Source: Prevotella sp.
GTDB taxonomy: Bacteria > Bacteroidota > Bacteroidia > Bacteroidales > Dysgonomonadaceae
DNA length: 64,000 nucleotides
Direction: 5' to 3'
Assembly: GCA_031285905.1 (NCBI GenBank)
Contig: JAITVH010000122.1
Location: 51,823 to 115,822, forward strand
How positions within the stretch are numbered: position 1 is the stretch's first letter; every line of letters begins with the position of its first letter. Shown piece after piece: positions 52,286-62,634 of this stretch. The notes beneath the pieces were generated by a model. The model had not been told where the DNA came from, did no database searches, and was given only the letters and a program-made list of their open reading frames with translations. A program made the position numbers and the translations under genes.

Positions 52286-53218
52286 CTAAAATATTTTCTT
52301 GTATACATGGCAATAGGGGGTAGTTCCCTTATGTTCATAATATTGCTGGTGATAATCTTCTGCTTTCCAGAATGTATCGGCAGGTTTCAGCATTGTAGCT
52401 ACTTTGTAGCCTTTACCCTCCAATACCTTAATATATTTCTCTGCAATTACTTTCTCATTCTCGTCGGCATAGAATATGCATGATAAGTACTGAGGCCCTA
52501 TGTCCGGCCCCTGCCCGTTTGTCTGGGTGAAATTATGCGTTTCGAAAAACAGTTTTACCAGATCTTCATAAGTAGTTTTGGATGTATCATATTCCACTTC
52601 TGTTGTCTCCAGATGACCTGTATTTTTCTGGCACACCTCTTTGTAAGTCGGATTATCCACATGTCCGCCCATAAAGCCTACAGCAGTATGCTTCACACCG
52701 TCGGCTTTCATAAAATAATATTCTGTTCCCCAGAAACAGCCTGAGGCAAAGTAAGCTTTTTTGATCATTTTCTTTTGTTCAGGTATAAATTTCAAAGATA
52801 TAGAATTTACGCAATGCCGCGTATTTTTATCTGTAAATCCTTCATTTAAGAAAACATGTCCAAGATGTGCCCCACAATTATTGCATATTATCTCTGTTCT
52901 GAGTCCATCCGCATCGGGCACACGTTTTACTGCCCCTTTTATTTCATCGTCGAATGAAGGCCATCCGCAATGTGATTCAAATTTATCTGATGAATTGTAA
53001 AGAGGGGCGCCACATCTTTTGCAGACATAAGTGCCGCTTTTTTTATTATTGAGGTATTCGCCGCTAAAGGGTGCTTCTGTGCCTTTATTGACAATTACCC
53101 TTTCTTCCTCAGGCGTTAGTTTATTATATTCCATTTTGTTTTGATTTGAGTTGTTTTGACTCCGGGCACATGATATACTTATCAGCACAATGAGTAGTGT
53201 AAAGATGTATTTCCACAT
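52286..53218 (-). CDS. msrAB: Bifunctional methionine sulfoxide reductase (MsrB-MsrA) with lipoprotein signal
   Basis: CGWPSF, HLGHVF and RHCVNS (MsrB); GCFWG and AEDYHQQY (MsrA). Confidence 0.93.
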   Translation of the reverse strand: MWKYIFTLLIVLISISCARSQNNSNQNKMEYNKLTPEEERVIVNKGTEAPFSGEYLNNKKSGTYVCKRCGAPLYNSSDKFESHCGWPSFDDEIKGAVKRVPDADGLRTEIICNNCGAHLGHVFLNEGFTDKNTRHCVNSISLKFIPEQKKMIKKAYFASGCFWGTEYYFMKADGVKHTAVGFMGGHVDNPTYKEVCQKNTGHLETTEVEYDTSKTTYEDLVKLFFETHNFTQTNGQGPDIGPQYLSCIFYADENEKVIAEKYIKVLEGKGYKVATMLKPADTFWKAEDYHQQYYEHKGTTPYCHVYKKIF

Positions 53219-53224
53219 TTGTCG

Positions 53225-53560
53225 TCATCCTTTCTTTAAATAATGAGTAAAAGCAAATATCTTTCTCTTTTTCAGATAAGATAAATCGTGCATATTCGTA
53301 TAGGCCTCACGTTCGAAGGAAATATTTTTATATCCCCTCAGTCTGTCCCTATACTGTATCCACCTTATGAGCCACTCCAACAGATAAAAGAGATAGAAGG
53401 GAATAATAAACATTTCCAGTATTTGGCGGGTATGTATCAGTTCATGATTTATCTCTACTTTTGTCAGTTCCCCATATTCTTTACGAACAACAATCAGGCC
53501 AAATAAGTTTATAGCCGCAAATTTTTTAGGAGGAATATATTTACTATATACTATTTTCAT
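53225..53560 (-). CDS. Conserved hypothetical protein with HExxH motif
   Basis: NHELIHTRQ...YKNISFEREAY; ATG at 53560. Confidence 0.75.
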   Translation of the reverse strand: MKIVYSKYIPPKKFAAINLFGLIVVRKEYGELTKVEINHELIHTRQILEMFIIPFYLFYLLEWLIRWIQYRDRLRGYKNISFEREAYTNMHDLSYLKKRKIFAFTHYLKKG

Positions 53561-53682
53561 AATCAATAATACAAAGTTATTCTGTGAGTAAGGAGTTATC
53601 AAGTTTTTTCAGGCAAATTTTGTTAATGAAGCAATTTTAAGCCATTCAGGAATATCTGCCTGCTATATTATTATTTTTATCT

Positions 53683-54045
53683 TTTTATTTTGAATTTATC
53701 TATAGTAATAAAGCCGTTAGCTTTTAGCCATTAGCTGATAGCTTTAGGAAAATGTTCTTTGAAAAAATGAGAGAAGTGACCCCACCCCGACCCTCCCCAA
53801 AGAGAGAGGGAGAAGCAAAGCCACGAGGAGGAAGGTATAAAAAGGCTAAGAACTAACGGCTATCAGCTAATGGCTGAATAGTGTAACCTTTGTTACTTTT
53901 TAGTTAAAATATCCGGGCATGCTGTAGGGGCGGATTATCATCCGCCCGTTTTTAAAAAGCATTATTCTCGTATTCGGGCGTAAGATATTACGCCCCTACA
54001 AGCAAAGCCACGAATTCTTTGTAAATTGTCACCTTTTAGTTAAAA
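53683..54045 (+). repeat. Composite intergenic scaffold repeat, copy C
   Basis: Block 1 53683-53706, block 2 53756-53770, block 3 53881-53911, partial block 4 54026-54045. Inserts: heptamer arrays, poly-C/G hairpin 53780-53811, GTAG-type REP doublet 53923-54000. Confidence 0.85.
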
Positions 54046-54195
54046 ACAAAGAAATGAACTACAAGTACCGATTTACGTAGCCTAATGCACTATCTGCATC
54101 TTTTTTATTATCTTATGATTACTTAATAGTTTCAGCCTCAGAAAATTTTATCTATTTTTGCAGTCTAAATCACACATTCATCTAAATTATAGAAT

Positions 54196-56349
54196 ATGAA
54201 GAAGTTCCTAATTATTTTAAGCTTATTAATCATGGTATATTCTTGCAATAACAGTACTACCACCAATAAGGAAATAGACAATCCTTTTTTCTCTGAATAC
54301 ACTACTCCTGACGGAGTACCTCCTTTCGATAAAATCGAGGCCGGGCATTTTATGCCTGCTTTTGAAGAAGCAATGAATCAGCATAATAAAGAAATAGACG
54401 CTATCCTGAGCAGTGGAGAACAGCCATCTTTTGAGAATACGATTGTGGCTCTGGATGAAAGTGGAAGAATGCTGGGAAGGGTTGGCGCAGCTTTGTCTAT
54501 CATGACGGGAACAATGTCTGACTCTGTCTATCAGAATATAGAAAAAGAGATAACCCCGAAACTGACTGAACATTACGATAATATCAATTTCAACGAAGAC
54601 CTGTTCAGCCGCATAAAGGTGGTTCAGGACGATACAGTAAAAGTTAACAAACTCACTACAGAACAAAAGCAACTACTGGACAGGACATATAAAGGCTTTG
54701 TGCGCTCTGGTATTATGCTTGATGGCTCTAAACAAGCACGTCTGCGTGAGATAAACAAAGAACTGAGCAACGCAACATTAGACTTTGCCCAAAATCTACT
54801 GAAAGAAACGGATAGTTATCAGTTGATTATAGAAAAAGAAGAAGACCTTGCCGGATTGCCGGAAGACATAAAAGCTGCTGCCGCAAAAACCGCCGCATCG
54901 AAAGGATTGGAAGGTAAATGGGTATTCGGGTTGAGCAAACCAAGCTGGGAACCATTCCTGCAATATGCAGACAACAGAGAATTGAGAGAAAAGCTCTATA
55001 AGGCGATGTACGACCGGGGTAACAATGATAATGAAAACGATAATAAGGAAATTATCAAAAAAATTGTAAGCCTGCGCCTCGAAAAAGCAAACCTGTTGGG
55101 CTATAATACTCATGCTGACTATGTGCTGGAACAAACAATGGCAAAAACGCCTGACAATGTAATGAACCTGTTGAACAGCATATGGGAACATGCCCTGCCT
55201 CAGGCTAAGAAAGAGGCTGCTGAACTACAGGCCATCGCTAAAAAAGAAGGTAAGGATATAAAACTGGAATCGTGGGACTGGTGGTATTATGCCGAGAAAC
55301 TGCGTAAAGAAAAATATGCTCTGGATGAAGAAGCGTTGAAACCATATTTTGAAGCTGATAATGTGCGTAAAGGCATATTTGCTGTTGCCAATAAACTATA
55401 CGGAATCACATTTAAACAGCGGACTGACATTCCGATTTATCAAGCCGACGTTAAAGCATACCAGGTGGACGATGCAGACGGCTCATTTATAGGGATCATC
55501 TATTTCGATGATTTTGCCCGCGAAGGTAAGCGTGCAGGAGCATGGATGAGCAGCTTCCGCAAGCAGGAGGTACTCAACGGTGAGTCCGTTCATCCTCTTA
55601 TCTATAATGTAGGAAACTATAACCCGCCAACGGATAACAAGCCGGCATTATTAACCCTGGATCAGGTAGAAACCATGTTCCATGAATTCGGACATGGATT
55701 ACATGGCCTACTGTCGAAATGCAACTATCATGGATTATCGGGAACATCTGTTGCCCGCGATTTCGTTGAATTACCTTCTCAAATAATGGAACACTGGGCA
55801 TTCGAACCGGAGGTATTGAAAATATATGCCAAGCATTATCAGACAAAAAAGACTATCCCTGATGAGCTGATAAAAAAGATACAAAATGCGGGCTATTTCA
55901 ATCAGGGCTTTATGACTACAGAACTTGTTGCTGCAGCTATCCTCGATATGAAATGGCATACACTGGCAAAAACACCTAATTTCGATCCTCGCCAGATAGA
56001 AGCGGTGGAGAAATTGGATGTGAACAAATTTGAGGCAGATGCCATGAAAGAGATCGGGTTGATAGATGAAATCATCCCACGATACAGAAGCACTTACTTC
56101 TCCCATATATTCAGTGGAGGATACTCTGCAGGATATTATAGCTACCTATGGTCTGAAGTTCTGGATTCTGACGCTTACCAGGCTTTCGTAGAAAAAGGGA
56201 ATATCTTCGATCAGGAAACGGCAAAATCGTTCCGCGAAAATGTATTGTCAAAAGGTGGAAGTGATGAGCCAATGACACTATATAAGAAATTCAGGGGAGC
56301 AGAACCAAAACCGGAGTACTTATTAAAGAACAGAGGTTTTGTAAAGTAA
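54196..56349 (+). CDS. M3-family metallopeptidase (peptidyl-dipeptidase Dcp-like), lipoprotein
   Basis: FHEFGHGLH, DFVELPSQ and GYYSYLWSEV motifs; lipobox YSC. Confidence 0.93.
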   Translation: MKKFLIILSLLIMVYSCNNSTTTNKEIDNPFFSEYTTPDGVPPFDKIEAGHFMPAFEEAMNQHNKEIDAILSSGEQPSFENTIVALDESGRMLGRVGAALSIMTGTMSDSVYQNIEKEITPKLTEHYDNINFNEDLFSRIKVVQDDTVKVNKLTTEQKQLLDRTYKGFVRSGIMLDGSKQARLREINKELSNATLDFAQNLLKETDSYQLIIEKEEDLAGLPEDIKAAAAKTAASKGLEGKWVFGLSKPSWEPFLQYADNRELREKLYKAMYDRGNNDNENDNKEIIKKIVSLRLEKANLLGYNTHADYVLEQTMAKTPDNVMNLLNSIWEHALPQAKKEAAELQAIAKKEGKDIKLESWDWWYYAEKLRKEKYALDEEALKPYFEADNVRKGIFAVANKLYGITFKQRTDIPIYQADVKAYQVDDADGSFIGIIYFDDFAREGKRAGAWMSSFRKQEVLNGESVHPLIYNVGNYNPPTDNKPALLTLDQVETMFHEFGHGLHGLLSKCNYHGLSGTSVARDFVELPSQIMEHWAFEPEVLKIYAKHYQTKKTIPDELIKKIQNAGYFNQGFMTTELVAAAILDMKWHTLAKTPNFDPRQIEAVEKLDVNKFEADAMKEIGLIDEIIPRYRSTYFSHIFSGGYSAGYYSYLWSEVLDSDAYQAFVEKGNIFDQETAKSFRENVLSKGGSDEPMTLYKKFRGAEPKPEYLLKNRGFVK

Positions 56350-56404
56350 TGAGTTTTATTATCTTTGCAACTCAGAAATTTTAATTGAACAAACATATAA
56401 TTAA

Positions 56405-56971
56405 ATGGCAACAACAGCAGATATAAGAAATGGTATGTGCATTGACATCGATGGACAGTACTATGTTATTATCGAATTTTTACATGTTAAGCCGGGTAAA
56501 GGCGCCGCTTTTGTCCGCACCAAAATGAGAAGCGTTACTACCGGACGTGTACTGGAAAGAACATTCAATGCAGGTGTTAAACTGGATGAGGTACGTATAG
56601 AAAGACGTCCTTACCAATTCCTCTATCAGGATGATATGGGATATAATTTTATGAATACTGAAACTTTTGAACAGATTCCCATTGCCGGCGATGCTATCGA
56701 AGGAGTTGCTTTCCTCAAGGAAGGTGATATGGTAGAAGTACAGGTACATGCTGAAACCGAAGCAATACTTACTGCAGAGATGCCTCAGAATGTTATTCTC
56801 GAAGTTACCTATACCGAACCGGGTGTTAAAGGTGATACGGCAACTAATACATTAAAGCCTGCAACTGTAGAAACAGGAGCAGAGGTACGTGTTCCGCTAT
56901 TTATCAACGAAGGCGATAAGATAAAGATCAACACTAAGGATGGTTCTTATGTGGAAAGAGTAAAGGCTTAA
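56405..56971 (+). CDS. efp: Elongation factor P
   Basis: [19 protein letters not shown] and VPLFI motifs. Confidence 0.97.
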   Translation: MATTADIRNGMCIDIDGQYYVIIEFLHVKPGKGAAFVRTKMRSVTTGRVLERTFNAGVKLDEVRIERRPYQFLYQDDMGYNFMNTETFEQIPIAGDAIEGVAFLKEGDMVEVQVHAETEAILTAEMPQNVILEVTYTEPGVKGDTATNTLKPATVETGAEVRVPLFINEGDKIKINTKDGSYVERVKA

Positions 56972-57216
56972 TCAACAGCAAATAAAGCAAATACCCCTAT
57001 AGACCAATATCTGGTTTATAGGAGTATTATTGTTTATTAAATTAATTTATGTCTTATATCTTTTATATCAATTCATTTACTATCTTTGCTACGAAGAAAG
57101 TGTCAATAAGACAGAAAAGACAAAAAACAATCATAAACCACAGTTATCACCTTAATTAACTAAGAGAATATATCTTGATTCAGATAGGATAAAGGTGTTT
57201 TTTAATTCGCAGACTT

Positions 57217-59472
57217 ATGAAACGAGGAGCGTTACTTTTACTCATACTATTTTCCATTATAGTAATATCCAAAGCACAGGATACAGAATTCTGGATGTCA
57301 CCAATAAGTGCTGTCAGCTTAGCTAGTTCCAATTATAAAGGTAATGGTGGTTTTATGATCAGCAACCCATCAAACCGGGATGCCACAGTGAAGATCTATT
57401 ATTTTGCAGATAATACAGAAGAGACTTTAACAGTTAATGCTTTAGGGTATGAACTGAAAGTTTACGAGCAATCTACCTTACGCGACAAATCATTAGAGAT
57501 TATTGCCAATTCACGAACAGGATTAGCAACCAGTGCCGGTGTCCGTATAACTTCCGATGTACCCATATTCGTTTATTACATATTTGACTATCAAGCCGTA
57601 CAGGAAACTATTGTATTGAAAGGGAATGGTGGTTTAGGCAGATCTTTTAGCGTAGGGCATTCTGAGCCATCAAGGCATCCCCTGCTTTTATCTGGAGCTG
57701 TAACTCACTATCCTTACATCTCAATACTTGCATCTGAAGATAATACTACGGTCAACTTCGAAATTCCCAGCAATGTAAGGAATTATATTGCAGGTTCTCA
57801 TACAGTAACATTAAACAAAGGACAAGCTCTTATATTAAGGACTATTACAGAAACAGGCCAAGCATTGAAAGGATCTCATATCACTTCTGATAAACGTATA
57901 TCGGTAATAGCAGGAGAAGAATTGTATGGAACCGCAGAAACGGGAGATATGTGTGTAGACCAGTTAGTACAAGATGCTTATGCCAGGCAAACATATGTAT
58001 TTACACTATCTGCTGGTTATAGCAAGATGAGTAATACAAGTTACAGAGAAAAGGTGTGTAATTATCTTGATATTATCGCTTTGGAAGATGACACGGAGGT
58101 CTTTATAAACTGGGGAGAAGGAAAGCAATCATTAGGAGTAATAGACAGAGGGGAAACTCTTCAAACAGATACATTCCGTGTGAGCCGTCAGATTGCCTGC
58201 GCAACGGTTACATCAACAAAACCAATCCATTGCCAACAGATTACCGGCCGTGAAGCTTCGGTCTGCCATTTGCCAAACTTTTACGCAACAAAAACGAACT
58301 ATATATCATTCTTTTCTTATATGGAAGATGATTATAGCGGTTATGCACCAATTAATCCTGCATTGATGCTTGTATATAAAGAATCGGCAGAGAATGACCT
58401 CAGAATAAAATATCCGGGTCAAGATTTTGTTCCTCTATTCGATTGGATTTCTACGAAAAGTGTATATGTCGACTCCAAAGGATATGTTCCTGAATTTCCC
58501 GATTGGAAATATATTCGTTTAACCCTTCCTGCCGAAGCAAGAAACCAGATAGTGACCGTTCAGAATACAAGTTCGGTTTTCCAGTTGGGTTTCACGTCTG
58601 CCTTTGCCGCCGGAACAAACCTTAGTTATTTCTCGGCATATGATAAGTCTTTCCAATTCTCTCCTGACACCATCTACAAATGCCCGGGAAGCACACATAC
58701 TCTTATTGGCGGAATAGCTGAATATTACACTTGGAAACATCCTGATGGTACTATTGAAAGGGGGGCTACACTTAACAGTATTACAGTATCCAAGCCCGGA
58801 ATATACACACTTGTCATGGAGCAGGGAACGGAAGATATAACAGTCGAGATTACTGTTATTGATATAATATTCGATGCCACAATAAGTCCCACTATAACAT
58901 CTGCTCGTAGCGGAGAAGCCGTAACTTACTCTGTGAATCACTCTTCTCCTCTGATACAGTCACCCCCGGCATCACTACAGATAGAGTATAATTGGGATTT
59001 TGGTGAAGGGGCTGTTCCTGCTACATCTACAGATGTTTCACCTACTATATTGTGGACAACAAAAGGGATTAAAACTGTCTCATTATCCATTTCGGCAAAA
59101 TCTGCCCTGTTGGAAAATATGGGATGTGATACGCTTATTATAGAAAAGGCTTATGTTGATCTAGGTATTATTCCGGCTCAACAGGATGTTTGTGCCGGTA
59201 AAGTCGCGCAAATGACATGTGACTTTACACTCAGCGGAGGGCCCAACACCTATCAGTGGCAATCGAGTAAGAATAACCGCACCTGGGCTGATATCCCGGG
59301 AGCAACTTCAATTTCATATACTCCTGCCGACCAGCAAAGGGGGCGGGTCTATTACCGGGTTGTAGTTGATGATGGAGTAGAAACAGCAACCAGCATAACT
59401 GCTAGTGTCATAGTTAGGTCGTGTAAATTGCCCGTCAACCACAATATAAGCACAATGGGATATTACGATTAA
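57217..59472 (+). CDS. Secreted adhesin-like protein: IgGFc-binding N-terminal-like + PKD + Ig-like domains
   Basis: AQDTEFW, ITSDVPI, IIALEDDTEV; PKD motif YNWDFGEGA; YQWQSS...YYRVVV. Confidence 0.75.
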   Translation: MKRGALLLLILFSIIVISKAQDTEFWMSPISAVSLASSNYKGNGGFMISNPSNRDATVKIYYFADNTEETLTVNALGYELKVYEQSTLRDKSLEIIANSRTGLATSAGVRITSDVPIFVYYIFDYQAVQETIVLKGNGGLGRSFSVGHSEPSRHPLLLSGAVTHYPYISILASEDNTTVNFEIPSNVRNYIAGSHTVTLNKGQALILRTITETGQALKGSHITSDKRISVIAGEELYGTAETGDMCVDQLVQDAYARQTYVFTLSAGYSKMSNTSYREKVCNYLDIIALEDDTEVFINWGEGKQSLGVIDRGETLQTDTFRVSRQIACATVTSTKPIHCQQITGREASVCHLPNFYATKTNYISFFSYMEDDYSGYAPINPALMLVYKESAENDLRIKYPGQDFVPLFDWISTKSVYVDSKGYVPEFPDWKYIRLTLPAEARNQIVTVQNTSSVFQLGFTSAFAAGTNLSYFSAYDKSFQFSPDTIYKCPGSTHTLIGGIAEYYTWKHPDGTIERGATLNSITVSKPGIYTLVMEQGTEDITVEITVIDIIFDATISPTITSARSGEAVTYSVNHSSPLIQSPPASLQIEYNWDFGEGAVPATSTDVSPTILWTTKGIKTVSLSISAKSALLENMGCDTLIIEKAYVDLGIIPAQQDVCAGKVAQMTCDFTLSGGPNTYQWQSSKNNRTWADIPGATSISYTPADQQRGRVYYRVVVDDGVETATSITASVIVRSCKLPVNHNISTMGYYD

Positions 59473-59610
59473 TCAGTATCTTTTATCTACATCAAATATC
59501 AAGCCTCTGGAATTTATACAGGGGCTTTTATTCATTCTATTCTGAATCAGATGTCAGCTATATTACTTAAAAAGCATTATTTTTGTTAACTATTGACATC
59601 TATAAGAATC

Positions 59611-60309
59611 ATGGATAATAAGATCAAACTGAATATAAAAGACCTGGCAGAAGAAGATCGCCCGAGAGAGAAAATGCTATTAAAAGGGGTGTCTGCCCTC
59701 TCCGATGCTGAACTATTAGGTATCCTTCTCGGATCGGGAAATAAAAACGAGACGGCAGTGGAACTCGCTCAGCGTATTTTGCACAGTGTTTCCAATAACC
59801 TAAACAACTTAGGTAAGCTTGAAATCAAAGACCTTATAAAGAACTTTAATGGCGTAGGTGAAGCTAAAGCAATTACTATTACGGCTGCTTTAGAACTCGG
59901 TAAACGACGCAAATTATCAGAGACCGTAGTTCAGCCCCAAATAACAAACAGCCAGGACGCTTACAACATCTTCCATCCTATATTGGCAGACCTCAGACAT
60001 GAAGAAATGTGGATATTATTGCTCAACAGAGCTAATAAAGTAATAAAGAAAATACAAGTCAGTAAAGGAGGGGTAAGCGGTACAGTAGTAGATATACGCA
60101 TGATAATGAAAGAAGCTATCGAGAATCTGGCTTCAGCAATGATTCTTTGCCACAACCACCCTTCAGGTAATGTCAATCCAAGTGGAGAAGACAATACAAT
60201 CACTCAAAGATTGAAAGAAGCCGGAAGTATTATGGAAATACAATTACTCGACCATATAATTGTGTGTGATCATTCATATTATAGTTATATGGACAAGGGG
60301 AAATTATAA
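59611..60309 (+). CDS. radC: RadC/JAB domain protein
   Basis: RPREK, LSDAELL, HNHPSG and LLDHII motifs; ATG at 59611. Confidence 0.93.
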   Translation: MDNKIKLNIKDLAEEDRPREKMLLKGVSALSDAELLGILLGSGNKNETAVELAQRILHSVSNNLNNLGKLEIKDLIKNFNGVGEAKAITITAALELGKRRKLSETVVQPQITNSQDAYNIFHPILADLRHEEMWILLLNRANKVIKKIQVSKGGVSGTVVDIRMIMKEAIENLASAMILCHNHPSGNVNPSGEDNTITQRLKEAGSIMEIQLLDHIIVCDHSYYSYMDKGKL

Positions 60310-60365
60310 AGATAACCCCATTTTGAGTATATTTGCATAAATTTTTATCCGAAATACCCTTAACG

Positions 60366-61295
60366 ATGGTTGCTTTAGTTATTATATATAACCACAAATA
60401 CGACAAAAATATTCCGATTCTTGAAAACATTTACAAAGACCAATTTTCAAATATCTTTCATTTAGTCCCGTTTTATACAGGAGAAAAAGAGAATGTGATC
60501 GCTGTATACGAAAATTCACATTACTTTCAGGGATATATCGTACAATCGTATCAAATATTGAAATCTAAAGGTGATTTTGACCATTATTTCTTTATTGGTG
60601 ACGATTTGCTTTTAAACCCTAAAATAAATGAAGAGACTTATATGTCGTATTTTCAGATAAAGAGAAATGACACCTTTATTTCCGAAATATTTGAGACATC
60701 AAGTATGAGCGATAAATGGCTTCATTCGATGAAAGTAATTGGGTACACCCTTTCTGTAGAAGGAATTGAGATTACAAAAGAATTACCATCGAAAGAAGAC
60801 ATTCTACCACGGTTTCACAAATTAGGGCTCCAAACACCTTACTATTCACCCCAAAAAGTATATGCTATCCCCCAAAGGAAGATGTATGCTAAAAACCTAA
60901 AAGGGCTTTACTGTTATTATAAAGATAAAAGACGTATAGAAAATCTTTATAAAATAGATCGAATTGAATTAGAATACCCCATTGCATGCGGCTATTCCGA
61001 TATTGTGATTATTCCTAAAGATGAATTTAAAACATTTGCTCATTATTGTGGTATTTTTGCTGCCAGCCGCCTCTTTGTTGAAGCAGCCATTCCGACATCC
61101 ATAATATTGTCATGCTCAAATATAAAAACAGAAAAAGATATAAAGCTAAAAGGTAAACTATTCTGGGGTAACGACCGAACTGAGTTTGAGGATGAATACA
61201 AACATTCTCTCCATAAATTATTAAATGAATTTCCTAATAATATACTATATTTCCACCCTGTAAAATTATCAAAATGGCAAATAGACACAAACTAA
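60366..61295 (+). CDS. Hypothetical protein, possible glycosyltransferase-like (STELLO/DUF288 C-terminal-like)
   Basis: YFFIGDDLLLN, GYSDIVIIP, LFVEAAIPT and FHPVKLS motifs. Confidence 0.5.
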   Translation: MVALVIIYNHKYDKNIPILENIYKDQFSNIFHLVPFYTGEKENVIAVYENSHYFQGYIVQSYQILKSKGDFDHYFFIGDDLLLNPKINEETYMSYFQIKRNDTFISEIFETSSMSDKWLHSMKVIGYTLSVEGIEITKELPSKEDILPRFHKLGLQTPYYSPQKVYAIPQRKMYAKNLKGLYCYYKDKRRIENLYKIDRIELEYPIACGYSDIVIIPKDEFKTFAHYCGIFAASRLFVEAAIPTSIILSCSNIKTEKDIKLKGKLFWGNDRTEFEDEYKHSLHKLLNEFPNNILYFHPVKLSKWQIDTN

Positions 61296-62539
61296 AAATA
61301 GCTATAATAGGCACAGGTATATCAGGCTTATCTGTAGCCAACATGCTGAAAGAAAGGTATGAAGTAACTCTCTTCGAACAAAAAGATAAAATCGGAGGCT
61401 TGATCAAGTGCGATACAATAGATTCTGTATTGTTTCACCGTGTAGGCGGGCATGTCTTCAATTCAAGAAATAAAGGAGTTTTCGATTGGTTCTGGTCACA
61501 TTTCGATAAGGAGAATGAATTTTATCAAGTAAAGAGAAATGCCAAAATCTTTATATATAATAAGATAATAGGTTATCCTATAGAGAACTATCTATATAAT
61601 TTTGATAAAGATATAATAAAGAGGGTAATCCATGAATTAATCCTAACTGGATCTGATAAAAAATTATCACCTTTCGAATACCCTAACTTTGAAGAGTTTC
61701 TGAAAAACAATTTTGGAGAGACATTATATAATTTATATTTCAATCCGTATAACAGAAAGATCTGGGGTACAGAGCTTAAATCTATCCCGATGCCTTGGCT
61801 CGAAGGAAAGCTCCCGATGCCGAACCTGGAAGAGATTATCTTAAGTAATATTGTCCATGAAGAAGAGGATAAGATGGTACATTCAACATTTTATTATCCT
61901 AAAAAGAATGGTTCACAATTCTTGGTAGACAAACTATCAGAAGGGCTGAATATCCGTCTGAATAGAAAGATATCGAATATACTAAAAGATGGAGAGAAAT
62001 ATACAATAGACGGAGAAACAGGATTTGATAAAATTATCTATACCGGAGATGTCAGAAATCTGCCTGATTATGCTGACAATCTACTAACTTCGAAAATGGA
62101 CTTAAATGCGTTGAAGAGTCTTAAATCAAACGGGACTTCGAATATCTTATGTGAAACTGATTCAAACTCTCTATCCTGGTTATATATTCCTGAAGATTTC
62201 ACAAAGGCTCACAGGATAATATATACAGGCAATTTCTCTCCTGCCAACAATGGTACGCGAAGCCGTAAGACCTGTGTCGCTGAGTTTTCTGGTAAGGTCG
62301 AATATGACGATATGATAAAGGAACTCAATAAACTCCCAGGTAACCTAACCCCTATCTCATACAACTATGAGCCAAACTCTTATGTCATTCATGATTTTCA
62401 GACAAAAGAGCTTATAAATGAAGCAAAAGCTATATTGAAGGATGAGGGTATACACCTACTCGGCCGGTTTGCCGAATGGGAATATTACAACATGGATAAA
62501 TGTATTGAATCAGCAATGAAGATTTCAGCAGAAATATAA
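61274..62539 (+). CDS. FAD-dependent oxidoreductase, UDP-galactopyranose mutase-like
   Basis: IIGTGISGL, GGHVF, YNRKIWG and GRFAEWEYYNMD motifs. Confidence 0.75.
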   Translation: MANRHKLKIAIIGTGISGLSVANMLKERYEVTLFEQKDKIGGLIKCDTIDSVLFHRVGGHVFNSRNKGVFDWFWSHFDKENEFYQVKRNAKIFIYNKIIGYPIENYLYNFDKDIIKRVIHELILTGSDKKLSPFEYPNFEEFLKNNFGETLYNLYFNPYNRKIWGTELKSIPMPWLEGKLPMPNLEEIILSNIVHEEEDKMVHSTFYYPKKNGSQFLVDKLSEGLNIRLNRKISNILKDGEKYTIDGETGFDKIIYTGDVRNLPDYADNLLTSKMDLNALKSLKSNGTSNILCETDSNSLSWLYIPEDFTKAHRIIYTGNFSPANNGTRSRKTCVAEFSGKVEYDDMIKELNKLPGNLTPISYNYEPNSYVIHDFQTKELINEAKAILKDEGIHLLGRFAEWEYYNMDKCIESAMKISAEI

Positions 62540-62634
62540 ATGTATTTTTCATTACTTTTGTATTTTATTAAATAGGCAAGATATAAACTATCATTACATT
62601 AGGATGTTTATATTTAAACAAAAAGATTCCGATT

